In this document: one piece after another, positions 28,544 through 38,082 of the stretch
Position numbering within the stretch: position 1 is the first letter of the stretch
Layout of the letters: every line of letters begins with the position of its first letter
From: Chloroflexota bacterium
GTDB taxonomy: Bacteria; Chloroflexota; Limnocylindria; QHBO01
Direction of reading: 5' to 3'
Length of the DNA stretch: 64,000 nucleotides
Assembly (NCBI GenBank): GCA_005879815.1
Contig: VBKA01000020.1
Coordinates: 223 to 64,222, forward strand
Program-made: the position numbers and the translations under genes
Notes under the pieces: model-generated
Databases searched by the model: none
What the model saw: the letters and a program-made list of their open reading frames with translations, nothing else
What the model was told of the DNA's origin: nothing

Positions 28544-29299
28544 TCACGGCATGTACCCCCCGGCGTTCGGGTTGAGCGTCTGGCCGAGGAACAGGCTCGA
28601 CGCGTCCGACAGCAGGAAGATCACAGCATCGGCGACCTCGTCCGCCCGTCCGAAACGGCCCAAGGGCATGTCGCGCAAGCGCCGGGCGCCCTCCTCGCTG
28701 TCGACGAGATCGCTCGTCATCTCTGTGACCGTGACGCCGGGCGCGACCGCGTTGACCCGAATCCCGCGTGGACCGAACTCCTTCGCAAGTGCTCGCGTCA
28801 GCCCGATGAGCCCGGCCTTGGCCGCGGTGTAGGCGGCGGTCTCGGCGACGCCGATCTGCGCCAGGCGTGACGCGACGTTGACGATCGTCCCGCTGCCCCG
28901 CTCGACCATCGACGGCAAGGCGGCCCGACATGTGTGGAACGCCGCAGTCAGGTCCGTCCGAATGACGTCGTCCCACTCGGCCGGTTCGATCTCGAGGAAC
29001 GGGCCGACCTGCGTCCGGCCGGCGTTGTTGACGAGCCCGTCGAGGCGCCCAAACCGATCGATGACCCGTCGCACCAGCGCCTCGGCCTGCCCACCATCGG
29101 CGATGTCGGCGTCGAAGCTCTCCGCATCCGCGCCGACCTCCCGTGCCCGTTCCACGGTCCGGTTCGCGACCTCCGGGGAGCGGTGGTAGTGAACCGCCAC
29201 CCGCGCGCCGTTGGCCGCGGCCTTCACGGCGACTTCGGCGCCGATGCCCCGGCTGCTGCCAGTCACGAGCACGACCCGATCGGCCAGTGCGCCGGTCAC
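28544..29299 (-). CDS. SDR family oxidoreductase (FabG-like)
   Basis: VLVTGSSRGIG cofactor motif and YTAAK active-site motif. GTG start at 29299; the longer track ORF begins in a low-complexity region. Confidence 0.7.
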   Translation of the reverse strand: MTGALADRVVLVTGSSRGIGAEVAVKAAANGARVAVHYHRSPEVANRTVERAREVGADAESFDADIADGGQAEALVRRVIDRFGRLDGLVNNAGRTQVGPFLEIEPAEWDDVIRTDLTAAFHTCRAALPSMVERGSGTIVNVASRLAQIGVAETAAYTAAKAGLIGLTRALAKEFGPRGIRVNAVAPGVTVTEMTSDLVDSEEGARRLRDMPLGRFGRADEVADAVIFLLSDASSLFLGQTLNPNAGGYMP

Positions 29300-29366
29300 G
29301 GGGAGCCCTTGGCAACGATGTCCGGGCGGCAGGCGACGTCGGTGATGAAGGCCAACGTCGTCGCGA

Positions 29367-30851
29367 TCAATACGGGAAGGGAAACGACTTCGGCTCATCG
29401 CGGACGGTCACCCATTGCCACTGGGTGAACTCATCCCAGTTGGCGGCGCCGCCGAATCGGGTGCCATTGCCGGAGGAGCCCATCCCGCCGAACGGGATCG
29501 TGGCCTCGTCGTTCACGGTCTGGTCGTTCACGTGGACCATGCCCGCGCGGATCCGTTGGGCGAGCGCGAGCCCGCGCGAGATCGAGCGCGAGTAGACCGC
29601 ACCGGCGAGACCGTATTCGGTGTCGTTTGCGAGCGCGAGCGCCTCCTCGTCGGTCTCGAACACCACAACCGGCGCGACCGGGCCGAAGATCTCGTCGGTC
29701 CACGCCGGCAGCTCGCGCGTGACGTCGGTCAGGACCGTCGGCCGATAGAAGAGGCCGTCGTGCGTGCCGCCAACGACCAATCGGGCGCCGCCGTCGACCG
29801 ACCGCCGGACGATGCCGTCAACGCGCGCGAGCTGCTTCTCGTTCACGATTGGCCCGAGGTCGACGTCCGCGCGGTACGGGTCGCCCAACCGCAGGCGCTT
29901 CGCCCTTTCGACGAGTGCGTCCACGTAGTCGCCGGCGATGCTCCGATGGACGATATGGCGGCCCGTCGCGAAGCACACCTGTCCCTGGAACTGGAACGAG
30001 GCGTACGCTCCGGCTGACGCTGCTGCGTCGAGATCGGCGTCGTCGAGGACGACGAGCGCGTTGTTGCCACCGAGCTCGAGCGACACCTTCTTGAGCAGTC
30101 GGCCCGCTAGCTCGCCGACGCGCCGGCCAGCGGCCGTGGAGCCGGTGAATGAGACGACGTTCACGTTCGGATCGGTGACGATCGCCTCGCCGACCTCCGC
30201 GCCGCCGAGGACGACGTGCAGGAGGCCGTCGGGCAGACCGGCCTCGCGGAACACGGCCTCGAACATCGCGCCGCCACTGACCGGCGTCTGCGGGTCGGGC
30301 TTGAGCACGACCGCGTTTCCGAGCGCGAGAGCGGGCGCAACCACACGCATGCCAAGGACGCTCGGCGAGTTCCAGGGCGTAATTGCACCGACCACCCCGA
30401 CGGGGATTCGCCGGACCATCGACATCCGTTCGCGCTGGACGGTCGGGACGAGCGAGCCATAGGGCTGGTACGGCATCGTCGCAGCGGCGTGGATCTCAGC
30501 GACCGCGAAGTTCTGCTCGTGGAACACCTTGTTGCGGTGGGCGCCGGTCTCCCGCTGCGTCCAGGTCCCGAACTCCGGCCGGTGGGCCTCGTAGATCTCC
30601 GCCGCACGCCGGAGGATCGCCGCGCGATCGGCGTAGGTCACCTCGGCCCAGGCGGGTTGGGCGGCACCGGCCGTGGCCGCCGCCCGGGCGACGTCGTCGG
30701 GCGTTGCGTGCGGCAGGTTCAGGAGCGGGCGCCCGGTCGCGGGTTCACGGATCTCGTGCGGTTCGCCGGTGCCGGGCCGCCAGGTCTCGAGGAACGGGTC
30801 GAGCCAGCCGGCGGCGGCCGGGCTGGTCATCTCACGTGCTGTCGCCGCCAT
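29367..30851 (-). CDS. Aldehyde dehydrogenase family protein
   Basis: ELGGNNALVV and FQGQVCFATGR catalytic Cys/Glu motifs. AAGGAGGAAACG Shine-Dalgarno directly upstream of the ATG at 30851. Confidence 0.85.
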   Translation of the reverse strand: MAATAREMTSPAAAGWLDPFLETWRPGTGEPHEIREPATGRPLLNLPHATPDDVARAAATAGAAQPAWAEVTYADRAAILRRAAEIYEAHRPEFGTWTQRETGAHRNKVFHEQNFAVAEIHAAATMPYQPYGSLVPTVQRERMSMVRRIPVGVVGAITPWNSPSVLGMRVVAPALALGNAVVLKPDPQTPVSGGAMFEAVFREAGLPDGLLHVVLGGAEVGEAIVTDPNVNVVSFTGSTAAGRRVGELAGRLLKKVSLELGGNNALVVLDDADLDAAASAGAYASFQFQGQVCFATGRHIVHRSIAGDYVDALVERAKRLRLGDPYRADVDLGPIVNEKQLARVDGIVRRSVDGGARLVVGGTHDGLFYRPTVLTDVTRELPAWTDEIFGPVAPVVVFETDEEALALANDTEYGLAGAVYSRSISRGLALAQRIRAGMVHVNDQTVNDEATIPFGGMGSSGNGTRFGGAANWDEFTQWQWVTVRDEPKSFPFPY

Positions 30852-31407
30852 CGTTTCCTCCTTGCGTCGACCCCGCGGTCGTCGACCAGACTCGTTCCTT
30901 GTACGTCCGTGGCGCGCCCGCCACCTCGGCTCGCCGGCCGGTAACCGGGTCGCGCCAGACAGGGCCTCGGGCAAGCACGGCGTCGATCAATCCCTCGTCG
31001 AGATAGGACGGGGCGCCGGACTTGACCTCGATCGCGAGCTGACCGGGATACCCGATGAGCTCGCGGACGCGCCGGTCCGTGTAGTAGCCGGCAACGATGA
31101 CGAGATGGAGCGCCCCGAGGATCGCAGGGTCGCCGCGGCCCAGGGCATCGAGGCGGGCCTGTACGTCGTCCCCGAGCTCGACCCGGAGCGCGCCGCGGAG
31201 TGGTTCAACGAGGTCGGGCCGTGCCTGGAGAACGAACCGCACACGGTCGTCGGTCAGGACCTCGGCCGCCGACGGCATGCCGTGCGCTTCCGGGATGAGG
31301 CGACCCGCGATTGCCGCGAGATGCGCACGGGAACCGGCGTCGAGCGTCGCGAGCGGCTCCGAACCGCCGGTCGTGGACATGGGCGAAGACGCGGACGACG
31401 CGGTCAT
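30832..31407 (-). CDS. Gluconate 2-dehydrogenase subunit 3 family protein (small subunit partner of a GMC flavoprotein)
   Basis: ~190 aa with the N-terminal LDAGSRAHLAAIAGRLIP pattern typical of PF13618. Sits immediately downstream of, and overlaps, the GMC oxidoreductase. Confidence 0.55.
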   Translation of the reverse strand: MTASSASSPMSTTGGSEPLATLDAGSRAHLAAIAGRLIPEAHGMPSAAEVLTDDRVRFVLQARPDLVEPLRGALRVELGDDVQARLDALGRGDPAILGALHLVIVAGYYTDRRVRELIGYPGQLAIEVKSGAPSYLDEGLIDAVLARGPVWRDPVTGRRAEVAGAPRTYKERVWSTTAGSTQGGNDGGDST

Positions 31408-33014
31408 GCCGGGACCTGCTGGTTGAAGCGCGACTCGACAATGTGATCGGCCGCTCGCAACGCGATCGCCGCGATCGTCGACGTCGGGTTGACGCCAGAC
31501 GAGGTGACGAAACAGCTGCCATCGACGATGTACAGGTTCGGCACGTCGTGGGTCCGATTCCAGGGATCCAGCACCGACGTCTCCGGGTCGTCGCCCATGC
31601 GGGCCGTGCCGAGCAGGTGCCAGCCCGAGTAGCGCATAAGCCGGTCGACCTCGACCTTGAATGCGCCCGCCTCGAGCATCGATTCGGTCGCCCGCTCGAT
31701 GTGGAAGTCGAGCATCCGGCGGGCATTCTCCGCCATCGAGTAATGGACCTCGGGCGCTGGGATGCCCGACGAATCGGTCACCGTGGTCGAAAGCGTGACG
31801 CGGTTCGTCTCGTCCGGGAGGTCCTCGGCGAAGATGCCCCAGTTCGCGCCGTGTCCGAGGTGCGTCCTGACGTGGAGGTGGTGGTCGGGTCCCCAGACCT
31901 GTTCGCCGGCGCGACTCGGCAGGGCGGTGTTGATCGGGCCGCCGGTCGGCGCCAGCCCCCAGCGCGCACCTCGGACGAAGCCTCGCTTCTCATCGGTCTC
32001 GTAGAACTCGAGTGACTCGATGAGGTCGCCGAACTGGCCCTGCCAGCTCATCAGGGGCTCCTCGAACAAACCGGCGACGTTCGCGAACGGGTGCATCATC
32101 AGCCGCCTTCCGACGAGCCCCGACGAATTGGCCAGGCCGTCGGGATACCGGCCGCTGGCCGAGAGCAGGAGCAGCCGCGGCGTGCCGATCGCGTTCGCGG
32201 CTAGCACGACGACGCTCGCCGGCTCGAACCGCTCGGCCCCTTCCCGGTCGATCCAGGTCGCTCCAGTCGCCAATCCGGCATCGTTCGTCTCGATCCGCCG
32301 GACGCGGGCGCCAGTGATGAGTCGGGCGCCCTTCGCGATCGCCTTCGGCCAGTGGGTCAGATCCGTCGATGCCTTTGCCCCCTCGTTGCAGCCCGACTGG
32401 CACGTGCTGCGCTGAACGCACGGCCGCCGGCCGTCGTAGGGGGTTGAGTTGATCGCGTTGAACTCAGGCCACCAGTGCCAGCCCAGACGTGTGTGGGCAC
32501 GGGCGATCTTCAGGCCGGCCGAGCCGATCGGCAGCGGAGGCATCGGCGCTTCATCGGTGTCGGGCGGATAAGCCGGATCGCCGGGCAGGGCCGAGACACC
32601 GAACGCCCGGTCCGTCCGATAGAAGTAGGGCAGGAGCTCGAAATAGTCGATCGGCCAGTCGTCAGCCACGCCGTCGAGCGATCGAACGCGGAAGTCGGAA
32701 GGAAGGGCTCGCGGCCAGGCACCGGCGAAGATGAGGGTCGACCCGCCGACGCCGTTGAACATGAGCGGCGAGACCGGCGAGTCCTCGACGATCGGGTAGT
32801 CCTCGGGCAGCTGCCGGATGTTCGGGCTCGTCGCCCACGTCTTCCGCTGCTGGAGCTCCCAATCGAGGCGAACACCCGGGTAGTCGGCCAGGTCGTGCCA
32901 GTCGCCCTGCTCGAGACAAACGACGCGGAACCCTGCCTCGGCGAGCCGCAGCGCGACCACGGCACCGGATGCACCGGCGCCGACGATGAGCACGTCGGCG
33001 GGTTCGCTGGCCAC
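31404..33014 (-). CDS. GMC family FAD-dependent oxidoreductase (gluconate-2-dehydrogenase flavoprotein-like)
   Basis: DVLIVGAGASGAVVALRLAEAG FAD motif plus the C-terminal GMC signature (GTARMGDDP...YIVDGS). Confidence 0.8.
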   Translation of the reverse strand: MASEPADVLIVGAGASGAVVALRLAEAGFRVVCLEQGDWHDLADYPGVRLDWELQQRKTWATSPNIRQLPEDYPIVEDSPVSPLMFNGVGGSTLIFAGAWPRALPSDFRVRSLDGVADDWPIDYFELLPYFYRTDRAFGVSALPGDPAYPPDTDEAPMPPLPIGSAGLKIARAHTRLGWHWWPEFNAINSTPYDGRRPCVQRSTCQSGCNEGAKASTDLTHWPKAIAKGARLITGARVRRIETNDAGLATGATWIDREGAERFEPASVVVLAANAIGTPRLLLLSASGRYPDGLANSSGLVGRRLMMHPFANVAGLFEEPLMSWQGQFGDLIESLEFYETDEKRGFVRGARWGLAPTGGPINTALPSRAGEQVWGPDHHLHVRTHLGHGANWGIFAEDLPDETNRVTLSTTVTDSSGIPAPEVHYSMAENARRMLDFHIERATESMLEAGAFKVEVDRLMRYSGWHLLGTARMGDDPETSVLDPWNRTHDVPNLYIVDGSCFVTSSGVNPTSTIAAIALRAADHIVESRFNQQVPA

Positions 33015-33111
33015 TGTCCACTACTCCGCTGGGTCGAAGCGCGGTCGTTGCCCTCTCGCCCGCAGGGTATAGCAAACGCCTGCTTCTTGCCCGCGCATGA
33101 GAGCGGTGCGT

Positions 33112-34050
33112 TCAGGCGATGGTCTCAGCGTCCTCCCGCTCGCCAAGCAGCCCGACCTCGCGGAGCACATCGGCAAGGCGCGCTCGATCTGCGTCGGTGA
33201 TCGGCAGAAGCGGCTTGCGGACGTGCGCGGTCTCGAGGACGCCGAGGATCCGCAGGCATTCCTTAAGGCGGACGCGATAGTCGCCGACAGGTCGGGCGAA
33301 CACGACGTCAGCCAGCCGCTGAACACGCTTGCCGAGTGCCTTCGCTTCATCGATCCGGCCACCATGCCAGGCGTCGATCATGTCGACCTGCTCCTGCGTC
33401 ATCACGGCCCCGAACCCGATCAACGCCCCAGTCGCGCCCAGCATGAACGACTCGAGGATGAAGTTGTCATTACCGGTGAGCAGCTTGATCGACCGCGGCA
33501 GGCCGGCGAGGATTCGCGCCGTCTCGACGAACCGCCGCGCGTCGAACGACGCCTCCTTGATCGCGACGACGCCCTCCACCGACGCCATCGCCCGGATCGT
33601 GTCGGGTTCGTAGTTCAGCCCGGCCAGCGCCGGCTGGAGCTGGAACAGGATCAAGGGGAGCCCGACCTGGGCGATCGCCTCGTGGTACTGGACAGGGATG
33701 CGGGGATCAAGCGGCTCGCTGAGGTATGCCGGTATCGGGAACACCAGGAGTGCGTTCGCGCCCGCAGCCTTGAAGTCCCTGGCCTGGCGGACTGCGGCGT
33801 CGGTGGACGGCCCTGCGAGTCCCGCGACGATGGGCAGGTCGGTCACGTCGCGCACGATGTTCAGGACTCGGATCTTCTCGTCGTGCGTCAGGTGCGGGCC
33901 CTCGCCGGTGTCGACGTTGATCGCCAGCGCGACGGGACCCTGCCGATCGATCCAGCCGATGTACGAGCGGAGCCCGTCCTCGTCGATGCTGCCATCGACG
34001 TGCATCGGCAGGACCGTGGCCGGGATCAGGCCGTCGAGGTTGAGCGCCAT
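33112..34050 (-). CDS. Dihydrodipicolinate synthase/N-acetylneuraminate lyase (DapA) family aldolase/dehydratase
   Basis: Class I aldolase TIM barrel with the DapA-family pattern (PLILFQ...GVVAIKEAS with Schiff-base Lys). Confidence 0.65.
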   Translation of the reverse strand: MALNLDGLIPATVLPMHVDGSIDEDGLRSYIGWIDRQGPVALAINVDTGEGPHLTHDEKIRVLNIVRDVTDLPIVAGLAGPSTDAAVRQARDFKAAGANALLVFPIPAYLSEPLDPRIPVQYHEAIAQVGLPLILFQLQPALAGLNYEPDTIRAMASVEGVVAIKEASFDARRFVETARILAGLPRSIKLLTGNDNFILESFMLGATGALIGFGAVMTQEQVDMIDAWHGGRIDEAKALGKRVQRLADVVFARPVGDYRVRLKECLRILGVLETAHVRKPLLPITDADRARLADVLREVGLLGEREDAETIA

Positions 34051-34229
34051 TGGTCTCCGGATCGTTCGTTTCGAGTGGGGGGCGAGCCAATCCTACGGCC
34101 GCGTTGACGGTGCGTTCGCGGCAGAAGTATTCTCGATGGCCAACCAGACTGGCAAAGCTGTCCGGTCCACACGCTCGTCGAGCGACTGCCCGTCAGTACC
34201 CCTCCTCGGCCGATTTTCGCTGGAGAACG

Positions 34230-35015
34230 ATGGCCCAGTTCGCCCTGTTCAGCCTCGACGGCCGCGTCGCCCTTGTCTCAGGCGGCGGTGGTGCGATCGG
34301 CTCTGCTCTCGCCGAGGGCCTCGCCGCAGCGGGCGCTCGGGTTGCCGTCAGCGGACGAACGCCTGAGAGCTGCGAGGCCGCGGTCGAGCGCGTCCGTTCG
34401 GCGGGGTCGGAGGGCCTCGCTCTGCAGGGCGACATGACGGTCGATGCCGATGCCGACCGGGTCGTAGCACAGACGCTCGAGAGGTTTGGGCGCCTCGACA
34501 TCGTCGTGAACGCGGTCGGGGGTGGAGCAGGCCAGGTCCTGCATCCAGCCGAAGAGTACCCGCGCTCGGACTGGGACTGGATCATGGAGCTCAACGTCCG
34601 GAGCACCGTGGTAACCACGCAGGCCGCAGTCCGGTCAATGATCGCGGCCGGGCACGGTGGCGCCGTGCTCAACCTCTCGTCGGTCCGCTCGATCCTGGGT
34701 ATCAACGCAGGCTACTCGGCATACGTGGCGGCGAAGGGCGCGATCAGCTCGTTGACTCGGCAGTGGGCGACGGAATGGGCGACATACGGGATCCGGGTCA
34801 ACGCCATCATGCCGACCTTCGTCGATACGCCGCAGGTCGCGTCGCTGCTGGCTGACGCGGACTTCAAGGCCGACCTCGTGAGCCGAATCCCGCTCGGTCG
34901 GGTCGGCGAGACGAAGGATCTCGTGGGTCCGGCGATCTTCCTGTGCTCCGATGCGGCGTCGTTCGTGACTGGCCAGATCCTGGGCATCGACGGCGGGCTC
35001 ACCGCCACGCAGTAG
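34230..35015 (+). CDS. SDR family oxidoreductase
   Basis: ALVSGGGGAIG...SAYVAAK motifs. ATG at 34230 with GGAGAA Shine-Dalgarno. Divergent from the DapA-like gene. Confidence 0.75.
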   Translation: MAQFALFSLDGRVALVSGGGGAIGSALAEGLAAAGARVAVSGRTPESCEAAVERVRSAGSEGLALQGDMTVDADADRVVAQTLERFGRLDIVVNAVGGGAGQVLHPAEEYPRSDWDWIMELNVRSTVVTTQAAVRSMIAAGHGGAVLNLSSVRSILGINAGYSAYVAAKGAISSLTRQWATEWATYGIRVNAIMPTFVDTPQVASLLADADFKADLVSRIPLGRVGETKDLVGPAIFLCSDAASFVTGQILGIDGGLTATQ

Positions 35016-35031
35016 GAGGGAGCCAGGCCCG

Positions 35032-35928
35032 ATGGCAGTCGCCACTCTCGAGCTCGAGCGCGTGACGCCGAACGTCTTCACGACGACGAAGCTGCGCGGC
35101 TGCAACCCGAGCTTCGTGGTGACGTCCGATGGCGTTGTCCAGCTCGACACGCCGCAGCTGCCGACTCGGGCAGTCGCCATGCGGGCGGAGGCCGAATCGC
35201 ACGGCCCGATCCGGTACCTGATCAACACCGAGAATCACGTCGATCACATCTTCGGCAACTGGTGGTTCCGGGACGCCGGCGAGATCGTCAATCACCAGGC
35301 GCTCTACGACATCTTCATGGACCCCAGTGCGGCACTCGACCCGTTCTCCTACGCGCTCGAGGCAATTCCGACAGACGACCCCGAGGCGGCGCCGCTCATC
35401 CCCGATCGCGAGGCCTACTACGCGGATCTACCGCGGGGGACGGTCGTCTTTAGCGGCGACCTCACGCTGCGGGTGGGCGACCACACGTTCCATTGCCTGT
35501 GGACGCCGGGTCACACGCCCGGGCAGCTCGCGGTGCATGTGCCCGAGGAGAGGGTGGTCTTCACGGGCGACACGATCTTCTCTGGCTGCCAGACGTGGCT
35601 CATGACGTCGAACGTCGACCAATGGCTCGAGGCGCTCGAGCGGATCCGGCAGCTCGACGTCGATCACGTGGTCCCAGGGCACGGGCCCGTCGTACCGCTC
35701 GGCTACATCGACACCCAGCGCGCGGTGCTGCTGCGCTGGAAGGCCGCCGTCGCCGACGCGGTCGCCAAGGGCTGGTCGCGCGAGGAGACGATCGCCCAGG
35801 TCCGGTTCGACGACGAGTTCGGACCGGTCGACGTCGGACAGGGCTACATGATGGATCACATCCAGAACAACAACGCCGGCTCGCTCTGGGACAAGCTCAC
35901 CGCGAAGGGGTACGAGAAGGGCCGCTGA
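35032..35928 (+). CDS. MBL-fold metallo-hydrolase
   Basis: HVDHIFG metal-binding motif (HxHxDH) and the downstream His/Asp ligands. Confidence 0.7.
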   Translation: MAVATLELERVTPNVFTTTKLRGCNPSFVVTSDGVVQLDTPQLPTRAVAMRAEAESHGPIRYLINTENHVDHIFGNWWFRDAGEIVNHQALYDIFMDPSAALDPFSYALEAIPTDDPEAAPLIPDREAYYADLPRGTVVFSGDLTLRVGDHTFHCLWTPGHTPGQLAVHVPEERVVFTGDTIFSGCQTWLMTSNVDQWLEALERIRQLDVDHVVPGHGPVVPLGYIDTQRAVLLRWKAAVADAVAKGWSREETIAQVRFDDEFGPVDVGQGYMMDHIQNNNAGSLWDKLTAKGYEKGR

Positions 35929-35973
35929 GCCTCAGGCGACGCCGGGTCAATGGTCTGCAGTTTGGATCTGGCG

Positions 35974-38082
35974 CTAAGCGCGACCCCCTGCAACTTCTTG
36001 CTCACGCGTTCGGCCGGCGAGTTGGATGAGGTCCTCGTGGAGCTCGAACCAGACGCCGTGGTAGCTGTCGACGCGGGGAGATGCCACGTACCGATGATCG
36101 CCGCCACGCGCCTTCCCGATCGCGCGGCCGAGGCGGAGGCGGTAGTTGGCGAGGCGCGGATTGCCCGATTCGAGCGGGGTGAGCCAGCCAACAGCGTCGT
36201 CGTGGAGCGAACCGAGGCGATCCAGGACGGCTCGGTCGTAATCGGCGTCCAAGTGGTCGTTGAGGGTCTCGGCGTCGCGCATCTGCCAAGCCGTGACCGT
36301 GTCTTTCATCCGGTGGTCAAGATCGAGGAAGGCATCGAGAGCCGCCGCCGTGGCCTCGGGACCCCACGCCTCCCGCTCGGCTTCCAGCAACTCCCCGGCG
36401 CGAACCTTTCCGACATCGGTCAACTTGTACGCGCCGGCCGTATTCGCCACGAGGCCATCCGCGACGAGCTGGTCCGCGATCGGGCGGACTGCTTCGTGGT
36501 TCGAAACGACGGCGTCGGCCAGACCTTCGAGCGGCGCGAAGCCCTTCACTGCGATTGCCCGCAGACACGCCTCCCGGGTGACGACGCGATTCGGCGCCGG
36601 CTCGGCTGGGGACGTCTGCTCGCCAATGGCGATCCCCAGCTCGTCGGCCCATTGACGCAGCGTCGCGGCTTCAGGGACGACCTCCGTCGAACCCGCGACC
36701 AGTCCCACGAAGACCTCGCCCGTCGAGCCATCCATCGTCAGGGCCTCGCCCGCCCGCAGGATTCGCTCGCCCACCACCACCTCGTCGTCGCGCACCTCGA
36801 TGGACGCCGCGCCAACGATGGCCGGAATCCCCCAGCCCCGCGCGACGACAGCGGCATGACTCGCCAGCCCGCCCCTCGACGTGAGGATGCCCGCCGCCTT
36901 TGCAATTCCGTGTACGTCTTCCGGCGACGTTTCGGCCCGCACGAGAATCGACGGGCTCCCTCGCTCGGCTGACTCGACCGCTGCTTCCGGATTTGTGACG
37001 ATCGGACCGCTGGCTGTCCCAGGCGACGCCGGCAGGCCGACGACGATTGGTTGGCCGGAGTGACCGCGGAGGGTTGCCACGGTCGGTGGGTGAGCCAGGA
37101 GGGCGAGGACGCGTCGGACGGCCTGCTCACGCGTCAGCGGGGAGCTCGGATCCTCGGCCATGTCGACCGCGATCCGAAGCGCCGCCTGCGGGCTGCGCTT
37201 GCCCACGCGGACCTGGAGTAGCCAAAGGCGCCCGGCCTCGATCGTGAACTCGATGTCGCACAGATCGGCGTGGTGGCGTTCGAGGCGGTCCGCGTCCTCG
37301 CGCAACTCGTCCGCGATGTCAGGCATCCGCTCGTCGAGGACGAGGATCGATTCGGTCTCGTGCGTGCCCGCGACGACGTCCTCGCCCTGGGCGTCGAACA
37401 GGACATCGCCGTAGAGCCCCGGCTCGCCGGTCGCCGGATTTCGGGTGAAGACGACGCCCGTCGCCGACGTCGGGCCGAGGTTGCCGAACACCATCGTCTG
37501 CACGGTGATGGCCGTCCCCAGGTTGTCCGGGATCCGTTCCGTGCGCCGGTAGGCGACCGCGCGATCGCTGTTCCACGAGCGGAAGACAGCCTCGATCGCA
37601 GAGCGGAGCTGTTGCCACGGGTCGTCAGGAACGTCCTCGACCCCGACAATCGATCGAAAGCTCGCCTCGAACCGCTTGCGACATGCGCGTGCAAACCCCA
37701 CGCTGCCCGAGGCCCGGGCAAGGCCGACGGTCGTCGACTCGTTCAGGCCGAGATCGAGGATGGTGTCCATCATCCCTGGCATCGAGACCGGCGCCCCGGA
37801 ACGCACGCTGACGAGGAGCGGATCCGATGGATCGCCGAACCGCCGTCCGACCTTTGCCTCGACTTCGGCCATCCGCTCGCGCAGCTCCGTGTCCAGCCGG
37901 GCAGACCAACCCTCGGCCAGGAACTCACGACACGTCGCGGTAGTGATGACGAACCCGGGCGGGACCGGAAGGCCAAGCTCACGGATCATGACGCCGAGGT
38001 TCGCAGCCTTGCCCCCGACCAAAGCGTTCGCCTCCTCGAGCGTTGCCGAATGAGCCGCCTCGAGGGGGTGGGTGAGCGTCAT
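35974..38082 (-). CDS. PEP-utilising enzyme: PPDK/PEP-synthase-like ATP-grasp N-domain, phospho-His swivel domain and ~250-aa C-terminal extension of unknown function
   Basis: GGKAANLGVMIRELGLPVPPGF is the ATP-grasp motif of the PPDK_N family. The swivel-domain motif is ILTSRGGLASHAAVVARGWGIPAIVG. ATG at 38082 overlaps the TGA of the upstream coxL-like gene (ATGA). Confidence 0.7.
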   Translation of the reverse strand: MTLTHPLEAAHSATLEEANALVGGKAANLGVMIRELGLPVPPGFVITTATCREFLAEGWSARLDTELRERMAEVEAKVGRRFGDPSDPLLVSVRSGAPVSMPGMMDTILDLGLNESTTVGLARASGSVGFARACRKRFEASFRSIVGVEDVPDDPWQQLRSAIEAVFRSWNSDRAVAYRRTERIPDNLGTAITVQTMVFGNLGPTSATGVVFTRNPATGEPGLYGDVLFDAQGEDVVAGTHETESILVLDERMPDIADELREDADRLERHHADLCDIEFTIEAGRLWLLQVRVGKRSPQAALRIAVDMAEDPSSPLTREQAVRRVLALLAHPPTVATLRGHSGQPIVVGLPASPGTASGPIVTNPEAAVESAERGSPSILVRAETSPEDVHGIAKAAGILTSRGGLASHAAVVARGWGIPAIVGAASIEVRDDEVVVGERILRAGEALTMDGSTGEVFVGLVAGSTEVVPEAATLRQWADELGIAIGEQTSPAEPAPNRVVTREACLRAIAVKGFAPLEGLADAVVSNHEAVRPIADQLVADGLVANTAGAYKLTDVGKVRAGELLEAEREAWGPEATAAALDAFLDLDHRMKDTVTAWQMRDAETLNDHLDADYDRAVLDRLGSLHDDAVGWLTPLESGNPRLANYRLRLGRAIGKARGGDHRYVASPRVDSYHGVWFELHEDLIQLAGRTREQEVAGGRA

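Noticed and set aside
33097-34107. 336-aa plus-strand ORF opposite the DapA-like gene
   Set aside because: Antisense shadow. Asp/Arg/Gly-rich low-complexity sequence.
35950-36972. 340-aa plus-strand ORF plus several further long antisense ORFs (37270-38340, 38490-39317, 39606-40352, 40391-41560, 42403-43191, 43556-44473) across the PEP-utilising/cox cluster
   Set aside because: All lie opposite genes with clear motifs and translate to Arg/Pro/Gly-rich strings. None has a plausible Shine-Dalgarno or domain.
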